Virus record (IMG/VR): IMGVR_UViG_3300017605_001304
Location: 1 to 64,000 of that record
Source: a virus
Length of the DNA stretch: 64,000 nucleotides
Strand: one strand, 5' to 3'
In this document: piece after piece, positions 25,642 through 34,571 of the stretch
How the letters are laid out: each line of letters begins with the position of its first letter
Position numbering within the stretch: position 1 is the stretch's first letter
Translations under genes and position numbers: made by a program
The notes under the pieces: model-generated
The model's database searches: none
What the model was told of the DNA's origin: nothing
What the model saw: the letters and a program-made list of their open reading frames with translations, nothing else

Positions 25642-27435
25642 TCACTTGTGACGAACGAGCTCAGAGATACCGCCCTGCTTGCGAACGGTCCAGGTATCTT
25701 CGATCAGATTCTTCCATACCGGGCTCTGGCTCATCACGAAGACGGTCCCGATCTGCTCGGCCTTCTTGCGAAGCACGTCGACGACCCGGGCCACCCCGTC
25801 CTCGTCGACGAACGTACACACCTCGTCCGCGAGCAGGATGTTCGACCGAAAGCCCGTGCTGGCCGTGACCAGATCATGCAGGGCGAACGCCATCGCCAGA
25901 TCGATCCGGTTCTTCTCGCCACCCGAGGCTGACTTGTAGGTGCCGCCCGGCGTCGCGACCCGGATCTCGATCCTCGTACCCGCGCCGGCTCCGGTGTTCT
26001 TGTCGACCAAGGCGACGCTCGCCTCGATCGGCTTCCCGAAGAGCTGCTGGACGTAGCCCGAGAAGGCGGTGGAGAGGGCGGTGATCCCTCGCTCCAGCGC
26101 GATCCGCCGCAGGGTCTGGAATCCGTCGATCCAGAAGGTCCACAGGCGCTGCTTCCGGCGGGCGGCCACGCCCTGGGCCACCTCGGCCTGGAGCTTCTCC
26201 CGGGTCACCTGCAGGCGCTTCTCGATCGCCGCCACCTGGGCCTGCGCGAGCTGACCCGCGTCCGCAGCCGGCGGTGCCGTCCGGGCCACCTCGCGGTTCA
26301 GGGCCGCGAGGCGCTGCTGGGAGGCCGCCAGACGCGTCCCGACGACTCGGAGCGCTTCCTGGGCGTCCTCAGCGCGGCTGGCGATGGCCTTGGCCTGCAG
26401 GTCGAACTTCGATGCCTCGGCCAGGGCGGTATCCGCCTCTTCCTGGGCCCGGCGGGCCTTGTCCATCTGGTTCGTCGTGACCCGCATCTGCTCGACCTTG
26501 TCCATGCCCTGGCCGCAGCGGTCGCAGCGGCCGAGGCTCAAGGTCGCGATCACCTCCCGGGCCTCTCTCGCCGTGGTCGAACGGGCCTTCGCCGTCGCAT
26601 GCTGCTTGGCAGCCGCCACCGAGGCCGTGCGCAGCTCCGCGGCCAACGCCTCGCGCTCCGCCTGAAGCTGCGCCTGCGTGCCCTGGTCCGCAGTGACCTG
26701 GGCAAGCGTCGACGCGACGTCGCGTCGTGCCGCCTCATGCAGTGCGAGCGTCGCGGGGTCCATGCCCGGCAGGGACGCGAGCACGCGGCGCGCTTGCGGG
26801 AGCTCGGTCTCCTCCATCTGCGCGACCTTCTGACGCAGGTTCTCCTCGTTGGTCTGCGCGACCGTGACGTCCAGCACGGAGACCTGCTGTTCGGTCCGAG
26901 CGTACGCACGCGCCGGCTCGAACACCTGGAGCCGCAACACATCTTCGAGCAGGCGAACCCGCTCCGCGTCGCTCAAGTCGGAAAAGCGGTACGCGAGCCC
27001 TTGCCCCAAGCACGTCGTGTACTGCCAGATCTCGAAGGACACGCCGAGGAGCTTCGCCACCATGGCGTCGACTCCCGTCGTTGGGGTGATGTCGTTCTGC
27101 CCCTCGAAAATCGTGCAGCCGTTCTTGTGCTCGGGGTGGGCTCGGTACCGTGTGATCGTCAGTGAACGGCCGAAGCTCGTGACCTCCGTCACGACCGAGG
27201 TGCCGCCCTTCGCCCCGATGCGGACCACCGCGTCGTGCGACGTGTCCCGCAGCGTCTTGCCGAACAAGCACCACGAGATCGCGTCCCACAGCGTGCTCTT
27301 CCCCGCGCCGTTACTCGATGCTCCAGGTGCGTCGTGATTCTCACCTTCGATCAGCACAAGCCCGAGGTTCTTCGCCTCGAACTCGGCCGACTCGAATGCT
27401 CCGAAGTTACGGAGCCTTCCCCTCTGAATCTCCAT
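25642..27435 (-). CDS. Rad50/SbcC-like ATPase (gp46-like)
   Basis: NGAGKST, coiled coil with CDRC hook, SGGEK signature, LLADE. Confidence 0.9.
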   Translation of the reverse strand: MEIQRGRLRNFGAFESAEFEAKNLGLVLIEGENHDAPGASSNGAGKSTLWDAISWCLFGKTLRDTSHDAVVRIGAKGGTSVVTEVTSFGRSLTITRYRAHPEHKNGCTIFEGQNDITPTTGVDAMVAKLLGVSFEIWQYTTCLGQGLAYRFSDLSDAERVRLLEDVLRLQVFEPARAYARTEQQVSVLDVTVAQTNEENLRQKVAQMEETELPQARRVLASLPGMDPATLALHEAARRDVASTLAQVTADQGTQAQLQAEREALAAELRTASVAAAKQHATAKARSTTAREAREVIATLSLGRCDRCGQGMDKVEQMRVTTNQMDKARRAQEEADTALAEASKFDLQAKAIASRAEDAQEALRVVGTRLAASQQRLAALNREVARTAPPAADAGQLAQAQVAAIEKRLQVTREKLQAEVAQGVAARRKQRLWTFWIDGFQTLRRIALERGITALSTAFSGYVQQLFGKPIEASVALVDKNTGAGAGTRIEIRVATPGGTYKSASGGEKNRIDLAMAFALHDLVTASTGFRSNILLADEVCTFVDEDGVARVVDVLRKKAEQIGTVFVMSQSPVWKNLIEDTWTVRKQGGISELVRHK

Positions 27436-28174
27436 CCTTCGCCTCCCCCGCGGTCGTCGTCTTGGTCAGCACCCGGAACTGGGTCAGCTCCGGAACAGGC
27501 AGGACCACACCCGTCAGGTCGACCGGCTGCTCGGTCGGGGACGCGTAGTTGGACGAGATGATCGCACCATCGACGCCAGCGTTCGCCAGCGACATGTACT
27601 GCGCCGTCGAGCTGCGGGTGAAGTTCGCCATCGCGCCGACACCTTCCGGGGTCGGTGAGTAGATGATCTGGTTCGACTTGCGGACGCCCATGTTCGTCGC
27701 GAAGGCTTCGAGGCCCGGCGTGCCGATGAACACGACCGTCCAGCGCTGGCTCGCCTCGCACTCCTGCAGCAACGCTCGGATGCGCGTGAAGCCGACCTCG
27801 CCCTTGAAGTTCTGCGAGGCGTTCTCTTCGCCGTCGGTCAGGATGATGAGCAGGTAGAGCGAGTCCGTCTCCTCCACCGTGTCCTTGCGCATCTGATCGA
27901 CGGTGAAGCCAATCGCGTCCTGCAGCGCCGTCGTGCCCTTCGGGACATAACTCTCGTTGTTCAGGCGAGCGATCGCACCAGGGTGCGCGGCCGTGGCGAG
28001 CGAGACGACGTCATGGTTGAACAGCGTGAACCAGACCCTGGTGTCGTGGCCCTGCTTCACGTCGCTCTGCGCGAGGTCGAGCTGTTCGTTGAAGCCCGAG
28101 ATGGTCTGGCGCGCGATCCTTGCCATCGAGTCGGACCGATCCACAACGAAGCCGATGTTCTTCTTGCGTGTCAT
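27407..28174 (-). CDS. vWA domain protein
   Basis: DRSDS MIDAS, TALQDAIG, ILTDGEENAS. Confidence 0.85.
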   Translation of the reverse strand: MTRKKNIGFVVDRSDSMARIARQTISGFNEQLDLAQSDVKQGHDTRVWFTLFNHDVVSLATAAHPGAIARLNNESYVPKGTTALQDAIGFTVDQMRKDTVEETDSLYLLIILTDGEENASQNFKGEVGFTRIRALLQECEASQRWTVVFIGTPGLEAFATNMGVRKSNQIIYSPTPEGVGAMANFTRSSTAQYMSLANAGVDGAIISSNYASPTEQPVDLTGVVLPVPELTQFRVLTKTTTAGEAKDGDSEGKAP

Positions 28175-28351
28175 GCTTCTTCCTTGATGGTGAGGTAGTC
28201 GTCCGCGGCGAGTGTCGTCGCGCGGCCGACTGCGAGTGAGGTGAAGTGCGCCGCCAGTTTCGAGAACGCGTCGTACAGTCCGCGTGCCTCGAAGCGGGTC
28301 TTGCCCTCCACGACATAGTGCTTGAGCGGGAGCTCCCGAATCGGTTGACCG

Positions 28352-29446
28352 TCAAACAGGCTGAGCTGCTGTCCCACGAAGTCCCTCCAACCCCAGGTCC
28401 ACCAGTTCCTGGAACGACACGAGTTTAGCGAGCTCGGCGCTCGCTGCGATCGCCTGTCGTGCAAAGTCCTCGACCGCCTTCTCCGGAAGGTCCATCGCGG
28501 TCGGTGCCGAGATCGCGATCTCCGGCAGGTCCTCGCACCGCGCGAGCACCTTCAAGAGGCCCATCTCGGCGAGCTTGCGCTCCACGTTGCGCGCACCCTT
28601 CTCCGTCTTCGTCAAGACGCGCAGCATCAGGCGGCCGCGCGATGCCACCGGAAACTCCTCGACCCACTCAACGGCCTCCTCGGACTTGCCGACGCGCAGC
28701 GTGTGGCGGATCGGGGTGAGCTGGTTCTCGACCCAGCTCGGTCCTTCCTCCGAGTCGAACCACAGGTAGCCGCGGGGGCGCGCCACGATCGAGTCCGACC
28801 AGCTCGCGTAGAACGGCGAGCCGACGATCGCGAGCCGCTTCTCCTCGAAGAGCTGGGGGTGATGGTAGTGGCCGCCGATGGTCCACCCGCGCCGTGCTAA
28901 ACACGAGAGATCAACTCCCGTCGGCGAGGGTCGCCCCGGCGACCACAACACATCCTTAACGTCCTGATGAATCAGGGTCAAGTCAGCCGAGGCGTGCTCG
29001 GCCAGCCAGCCGTCGAGCTTCTTCGTGTCCGTCGTGTGCGGAAGGACGGCCATGGTGCCGCCGGCCGGGGTCGTGAAGCGGCGCCACTCGTGCGCGACGA
29101 TCCAGGCGTCCTTCGCCATGAGGCCGTTCAGGAACGTCACGCTGCCGTCGACGGTCGCCTGATCGTGGTTCCCCGCCACGATGATGAACGGGACATCGCC
29201 CGCCACCTTGCACGCCTCCGCGATCTCGTTCATCGACTGGCCGAACGCCTGCAGCGCGTCCATCGTGATCGACGCATGGCGGTGCGCGCTGTCACCCAGG
29301 TTCACCACGAGGTCCGGCTCGCGCGCCGCGATCTCACCGGCAAGCCACGAGCAGGTCGCACGCTGGTAGTCGAGCCGGTTCTTGTACTGCGGCAGCTCCG
29401 ACGGCGCCGAGAAGAAGTGCAGGTCGCTGAAGATCAAACACCTCAT
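28352..29446 (-). CDS. Mre11/SbcD-like nuclease (gp47-like)
   Basis: SDLH, LGDS, GNHD, GHYH, VGSP. Confidence 0.88.
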   Translation of the reverse strand: MRCLIFSDLHFFSAPSELPQYKNRLDYQRATCSWLAGEIAAREPDLVVNLGDSAHRHASITMDALQAFGQSMNEIAEACKVAGDVPFIIVAGNHDQATVDGSVTFLNGLMAKDAWIVAHEWRRFTTPAGGTMAVLPHTTDTKKLDGWLAEHASADLTLIHQDVKDVLWSPGRPSPTGVDLSCLARRGWTIGGHYHHPQLFEEKRLAIVGSPFYASWSDSIVARPRGYLWFDSEEGPSWVENQLTPIRHTLRVGKSEEAVEWVEEFPVASRGRLMLRVLTKTEKGARNVERKLAEMGLLKVLARCEDLPEIAISAPTAMDLPEKAVEDFARQAIAASAELAKLVSFQELVDLGLEGLRGTAAQPV

Positions 29447-29709
29447 CCGTGCAGGGCTCCCCCGCCCCCGAGTGGACGGTTCGACATCACGTTGCCCTGG
29501 AAGAGTCCCGCGCGCTGCGCGAGGTCCTGGCTGATCCGCAAGGTCAGCATCGCGCCAAGCCCGGCGTGCTTCCATGTGCCTGTCGCCTCCTCGATGACCG
29601 GGATCCTGATTCGCTTCGCCTGCGGCATCACCAGGACTTCGATGCCGGTCTCTTCAATGAGCAAGAGCTTGCACTCGATCTCGATCAGGGAGCCGCGCAC
29701 CGTACTCAT
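29443..29709 (-). CDS. Hypothetical protein
   Basis: GGAGGG RBS; coupled to the nuclease gene. Confidence 0.55.
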   Translation of the reverse strand: MSTVRGSLIEIECKLLLIEETGIEVLVMPQAKRIRIPVIEEATGTWKHAGLGAMLTLRISQDLAQRAGLFQGNVMSNRPLGGGGALHG

Positions 29710-29718
29710 GACACCCTC

Positions 29719-30630
29719 CTAGAGAAGTCGGCGAAACGGGTCGAGCCAATCCGGCTTCGACAACAGGGAACGCAGCGACGCCTCGGTCAACAGGTCTGTG
29801 ATCTGCCGGAGATCGCGCATACGGCACGGGGCACGCAACGACGCCCGGATCTGTTGCTTGTCAGAACCTCGCATCGGCTCCGCGCGCAGGTCCATCAGAC
29901 GGTAGTTGCGCTCGACCGTCTTCCACCCGTCGACGATGCTCTTCGCCCAGGTCTCTTTCATCTCCGCCGCGGTCTTCGCGGCCGCGTCGAACACCGACAA
30001 GCCCGCCGACTCCGTCAAGGAACGAGACTGCTGCACCAAGGTCAGCGCTCGCTTGTCTCCGACCCCGCCTACGCCCGGGATCGCGTCGGACGAATCGCCC
30101 ATCAGGCTCTTCATCAGCAGGAACTCTTCTCGATTCACGCAGCCCGACTTCTCCGCACGGTTCTCGTGCGTGATCCACTCCTTGTGGATCGGGCGATAGA
30201 CCGCCGTGCGAGGCGTGACCAACTGCCAGAGATCTCGATCCTCGCTGACGATCACGGCGGACTCGTACGGATGGAGCTTCCGAAATGCTCGGCGGGCCCG
30301 GTACATGACGTCGTCACCTTCACATCGCCCCAGGATCAACGAGCGGACGCCCAAGGCCGGCAGCAGTCGGTGCACCAGCGCGCGACACTCGTCGAAGCGG
30401 ACCGGATAGTTCGGATCACTCGTATCCTTGCGCGGTCCATGCTGCTTGTAGCCCGGGAAGATCTCCCGGCGGTGCTTCGATCGAACTCCGTCCCATGCGC
30501 AGAACGCCTGCGTCGGGCTCACCTTGTGCAACGCGACACTGAGCTGCTGCATGAAGACCAGCGCTTCGGGCCCGGTATGAACATGCAGCGCGCGGTGCAG
30601 CAGGAACGAGCCGTCCAAGATCGCCAGCAA
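29719..30630 (-). CDS. 5'-3' exonuclease / flap endonuclease (RNase H-like)
   Basis: LDGSFLLHR, WDG, YK, EGDD, SEDRD, GDSSDAIPGVGGVGDKRA. Confidence 0.9.
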   Translation of the reverse strand: MLAILDGSFLLHRALHVHTGPEALVFMQQLSVALHKVSPTQAFCAWDGVRSKHRREIFPGYKQHGPRKDTSDPNYPVRFDECRALVHRLLPALGVRSLILGRCEGDDVMYRARRAFRKLHPYESAVIVSEDRDLWQLVTPRTAVYRPIHKEWITHENRAEKSGCVNREEFLLMKSLMGDSSDAIPGVGGVGDKRALTLVQQSRSLTESAGLSVFDAAAKTAAEMKETWAKSIVDGWKTVERNYRLMDLRAEPMRGSDKQQIRASLRAPCRMRDLRQITDLLTEASLRSLLSKPDWLDPFRRLL

Positions 30631-30641
30631 TGGCTTCTCCG

Positions 30642-31814
30642 TTACACCACCATGGCCGAGGTGCTCAATGCCAACGTGAGCGGCACACTGATCACCGTGT
30701 TCACGTTGACCCAGCACGACCGCGGGATCGGCACAACGTACGTCGTCAGGTCCAACTGCCCCCGCTCGAAGATGAGCGTGTCCAAGCCCAGAGACGCGGC
30801 CTCGTTGAAGATCTGCTCCGACTCAACCACCGAGCAATCGCAGCCAAGCTCCACCGTCAAGTCCGGCGCTTGAATCGCAGAATCGAACAGGACCGAGATC
30901 ATGCGATCGACCTCGGGCTGCAGGACCACGGTGTCGAGGCCCAGCTCCGCGTCCAGGAGATTCGCGATCGCCACGTTCGTTCCGAGGTCCGTGCTCTCCG
31001 TCGCCTGGATCAGCGTCGACAAGCCGAGCCCAAGGGCCCGGTCCAGACACTGGACCGCCTCCGCGAGCGAGAGGTTCAGCGTCGAGGTCGTCGCCACCGC
31101 GGCCTCAAGCGAAAGCGAGAGCGTGCGCGTCTGCATCACGACCGTCGCCGCCGCCAAGGTGAGGGCGACGGGCACTTGGACCGCCGAGCTCAGGCTCAGA
31201 TTCAACGTCTTCGGCTGAGAGACCACGACGCTCAGGGCGAGGTTCTTCGTCCGTCCCGCCGTCTGCACCGCAACTCGATTCAAGAGGCCCGAGCTGCGGC
31301 CGAACGGCGACGCCGCCGGCTTGAGGATGTACGTACTGAGCGACAGCGACTTCGTCTTGGTCGCCGCAAGGCCCACACTCAGGGAAAGGTTGAGCATCAC
31401 CGGCGTCGAGACGTAGAGGTCCATCCTCAGCGGGAGCGGACGTCCAAGTTCCCGCACGACACACCGCGTACGGAGCCACGCATTGGCGCTGATGTGCTTC
31501 GCGGCGCTCCGCCGCACGAGCTCCTCGATGTCCGCCGGCAGGGTGACGCGGTCTCCGATGGCCGTGGTCATCGCCGTCCCAATGATCGTGTCGAGCCGAC
31601 CGAGAAGCTCGTAGCCCGAGCTGCGCAGGCGCGGCGTCCCGATCATCGACAACGCCGCCATGCGCAACGTCGAGAGCCACCCCATCGAGATGACGTACTG
31701 CTGCTGTGTGTCCGGCGTCGAGCCATTCGATGCAGAGACAATGCCGGGCAGCCCGTTCACCGAGCCCGACGGCACATAAGGATCGTTCGTTTGAGGCGGG
31801 TTGGAAGACGGCAT
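30642..31814 (-). CDS. Protein with ~14-aa LxLxL beta repeats (fibre-like)
   Basis: Repeated T[KR]xL[SN]LSL[SE]xxV units. Confidence 0.6.
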   Translation of the reverse strand: MPSSNPPQTNDPYVPSGSVNGLPGIVSASNGSTPDTQQQYVISMGWLSTLRMAALSMIGTPRLRSSGYELLGRLDTIIGTAMTTAIGDRVTLPADIEELVRRSAAKHISANAWLRTRCVVRELGRPLPLRMDLYVSTPVMLNLSLSVGLAATKTKSLSLSTYILKPAASPFGRSSGLLNRVAVQTAGRTKNLALSVVVSQPKTLNLSLSSAVQVPVALTLAAATVVMQTRTLSLSLEAAVATTSTLNLSLAEAVQCLDRALGLGLSTLIQATESTDLGTNVAIANLLDAELGLDTVVLQPEVDRMISVLFDSAIQAPDLTVELGCDCSVVESEQIFNEAASLGLDTLIFERGQLDLTTYVVPIPRSCWVNVNTVISVPLTLALSTSAMVV

Positions 31815-31826
31815 GACCTTCCTCGG

Positions 31827-32978
31827 TCAGTTCGCCTGCAAAGCCGCGATGGCGCTCCGCAGTCGAACACGCAGACCCTTCTGCTCGCGCATGAGAGCGG
31901 TGAATCCACCCCCACGTAGCGGCGCAGAGATCTCCTTACCCTCCTCCACCTTGATGTGAACCTTGCCCTTGTCGATCGAGACGACCGGTGACTTGTTCTC
32001 GATCAGGTACAGCACCATGCCGAGGTCGTCGTCGATTCCAAGCGCACCGTGGATCGGCATCGGGAAGTTCTCGGTCTCCGGCCCGAACTTCGACCGGATC
32101 ACCTTCACCCACGAGTCCTTGCCAACGATGCTGTCGCCTTCTTTCAGAGAACCCTGGTGCGAGACCCGCAGCCGGACGGTCGAGCGGAACTTGAGAGCGC
32201 GGCCGCCCGGCACGACCTCCATCGGGCCCATGTGCGGCATGCCGCCGATCTTGTCCTGCACCTGATTCACGCAGATCAGCGTGCCGCCCGCCTGCGCCAG
32301 CGGGAACGGGATCCGCCGCATCGCCTGCTGCAGCAACCGCGCTCGCGCGGCAACCTTGCCCTCGCCGAATGCGGCTTCCTTCAAGTCCTTCGGCTGCGAG
32401 GCCGCCACCGAATCCCACACAACGACGACCGGTCCGCGGTCCTTCGTCTTCTGCGCCGCGGCCTGCTCCAGCAGGTTCACGATCCAGTCGAGCTCCTGCT
32501 CCATGGTCGTCACTTCGTCTTCGTCCGGCATCAAGAGACGTTCGCAGTCGAGCCCCATCGCAGCCGCTCGGTACTTGTCGAACGCCGTCTCGCTATCGAT
32601 CAGCGCCGCGACGCCAGGGGCGGTCTGATCCGCCGTGACCTTCGGCACGTAGCTGCCGTCCTTCTGCTTCTCCCAGTTCACCAGCGTGGCTTCGCCCCGC
32701 TGCGCCGCGAGCAGCGCGTGCGTGGCAAGCGTCGACTTGCCCGCGCCTTCCGGTCCGAATACCTCGATCACTCGACCCAGCGGGTAGCCGCCGCGGAACT
32801 GACCACGTCCCAGACTGGGTGTCAGGTAGTAGTCGAGCGCCGTGCAGCCCGTATGCAGGAAGCCAGCGATGTCGCTGACCGACTGCTCCGTCCCGCGCCG
32901 GGTCACGGCGGCGCGCTGGCCCTTGTTCATGGCATCCAGCAACGCCGCCGCGAAGTCGGTCGCGACCTTCATGCTCAA
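31827..32978 (-). CDS. recA: RecA/UvsX recombinase
   Basis: GPEGAGKST, IDSE, VWDSVAA, VNQ, PGGRALKF. Confidence 0.92.
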   Translation of the reverse strand: MSMKVATDFAAALLDAMNKGQRAAVTRRGTEQSVSDIAGFLHTGCTALDYYLTPSLGRGQFRGGYPLGRVIEVFGPEGAGKSTLATHALLAAQRGEATLVNWEKQKDGSYVPKVTADQTAPGVAALIDSETAFDKYRAAAMGLDCERLLMPDEDEVTTMEQELDWIVNLLEQAAAQKTKDRGPVVVVWDSVAASQPKDLKEAAFGEGKVAARARLLQQAMRRIPFPLAQAGGTLICVNQVQDKIGGMPHMGPMEVVPGGRALKFRSTVRLRVSHQGSLKEGDSIVGKDSWVKVIRSKFGPETENFPMPIHGALGIDDDLGMVLYLIENKSPVVSIDKGKVHIKVEEGKEISAPLRGGGFTALMREQKGLRVRLRSAIAALQAN

Positions 32979-34072
32979 TCCTCATCCACCGGCGCCGCCT
33001 TCGCGGCGCGCTTCTCGGCCCGCGTCCGGCAGGCGAGGTCGCTCGGACAGATCTTGCACTGCTCGTTCGTGGCGCGCTGTTGCGCCGGGTCGTTGCCACG
33101 CGCAGGCACGAGCCAGTCGCCGTAGCAGATCGGCTTGCCGGTGTCGTCACTGACCTTCGGCGGCCGGACGGCGCCGTCCTTCGTCCGCCAGCCACGGATC
33201 GCCGGGGTCTCCGGCGCGAGGGCCTGTGCCACCGTCATCGAGGCCGTCGCAACCGGCGGCGGAAGCGTCGTCACCTGCGCCAACTGCTGCGCGGGCGCGG
33301 TCATCATCGTGGGGGCCGGAGGAAGCGGGGTCACCTCGGCTTCCTTCTTCTCCTGCCGCTGCGCCTTGAACAGCTTCTCCAGTCGGTCCGCGGCTTCGCG
33401 TGCCCGGCCACGATCCTCGTCGCTCAGCCGATGCTCGCGGAAGAGATCGTAGATCTCCGCCGGAGGATTGCCGGCCGGGAAGGCCGGCGTCGGCGCGGTC
33501 GCGACGAAGATGCGGTTCTTCTGGGTGCTGTTGCCCTTCTGGCTGATATCGGCCGTGATATCGCAGCCGCTGTCGGAGTCCAGGATGTCGAAGTCACTGA
33601 CCCGCATCAGCGTGTAGAGGTACTTCACGAAGTCGAGGCCCGTCTGCAGCACGCAGACCTTGTCGCCTTCCGCCGTGGCGCGCTTGATGGCGTTGAAGTA
33701 ATAGGTGTCCGCGGCGCGGAAGTTCCACGGAGCCGCGCGGCTGTTGTCCCGCTCCTTGCGAGCCGGGTCGAACGGCGGCGTGTACTTCTCGACGACGTCG
33801 CACAGCGGGCACGCCGACGCGTCATCCTGCTGGATCAGGCACTTCGCCACCTTGATCGGGCCGATCATGCCCCGGAAGAAGTGCTTCCGTACGCGAACAC
33901 AAACCTGTCCAGCCTCAGCGGCCGCGGCCGACCATGCCGGAAAGATGCGCCAGCGCGACTGGCCATCCGGGAAGTTCTCGTAGCTGCGATAGCCACGCTT
34001 GGTGCCCTCCTCCTGGAGGTTCTTCGCAACCTTCTGGATCTCTTCACGCGTGACCTTGAAACCAAAAGACAT
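32975..34072 (-). CDS. Single-stranded DNA-binding protein (gp32-like)
   Basis: RIFP...KHF...C...CPLC...YYFNA; context between recA and pol. Confidence 0.6.
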   Translation of the reverse strand: MSFGFKVTREEIQKVAKNLQEEGTKRGYRSYENFPDGQSRWRIFPAWSAAAAEAGQVCVRVRKHFFRGMIGPIKVAKCLIQQDDASACPLCDVVEKYTPPFDPARKERDNSRAAPWNFRAADTYYFNAIKRATAEGDKVCVLQTGLDFVKYLYTLMRVSDFDILDSDSGCDITADISQKGNSTQKNRIFVATAPTPAFPAGNPPAEIYDLFREHRLSDEDRGRAREAADRLEKLFKAQRQEKKEAEVTPLPPAPTMMTAPAQQLAQVTTLPPPVATASMTVAQALAPETPAIRGWRTKDGAVRPPKVSDDTGKPICYGDWLVPARGNDPAQQRATNEQCKICPSDLACRTRAEKRAAKAAPVDED

Positions 34073-34073
34073 T

Positions 34074-34571
34074 TCAGCTCTCCACCTTCATCTGAGCACG
34101 ACGATTGTTCGACATGTGCTCGACCGCAGTGAACCGCATGCGCAACGCTTCACGCAGTCCGTAAAAAATGTCCGCGAGTTCTTGGACCCGGATCGCGCGC
34201 TTCTTGGCGTTCTGGACACCAGGGTCCAGCTTCACCTGCTGCGCGATCTTGGCCTCGGTCAACTTGTCCTGGGTTGGGATTCCACGGATCGCAACGTCCG
34301 CGCGAGCCTCCACCACGTCGGCGTCTACCTCGGCCGCCTCGGCTGCGCCCTTGTAGAGGGCATGCAGTCCGTTGGAGGCAACGTATTGCCGCGTGAGCAG
34401 GATCAGGTGACCTTCAAGGTCACTGGCCGGGTCGATCGACAGACGAGTCAGTAGTGCGGTGGCTTCCGCAAGATCCGGCGCCGAGAGAATATCGTCGTAG
34501 CGACTCAGTTCACTGATTACATACTGCAGGTGACGCGTCGACTTCGACGCGACCGGTGCTTCTTGCTCCAA
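34074..34571 (-). CDS. UvsY-like recombination mediator
   Basis: Helical KLTEAKIAQQVKLDP...SNNRR; replication context. Confidence 0.45.
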   Translation of the reverse strand: MEQEAPVASKSTRHLQYVISELSRYDDILSAPDLAEATALLTRLSIDPASDLEGHLILLTRQYVASNGLHALYKGAAEAAEVDADVVEARADVAIRGIPTQDKLTEAKIAQQVKLDPGVQNAKKRAIRVQELADIFYGLREALRMRFTAVEHMSNNRRAQMKVES

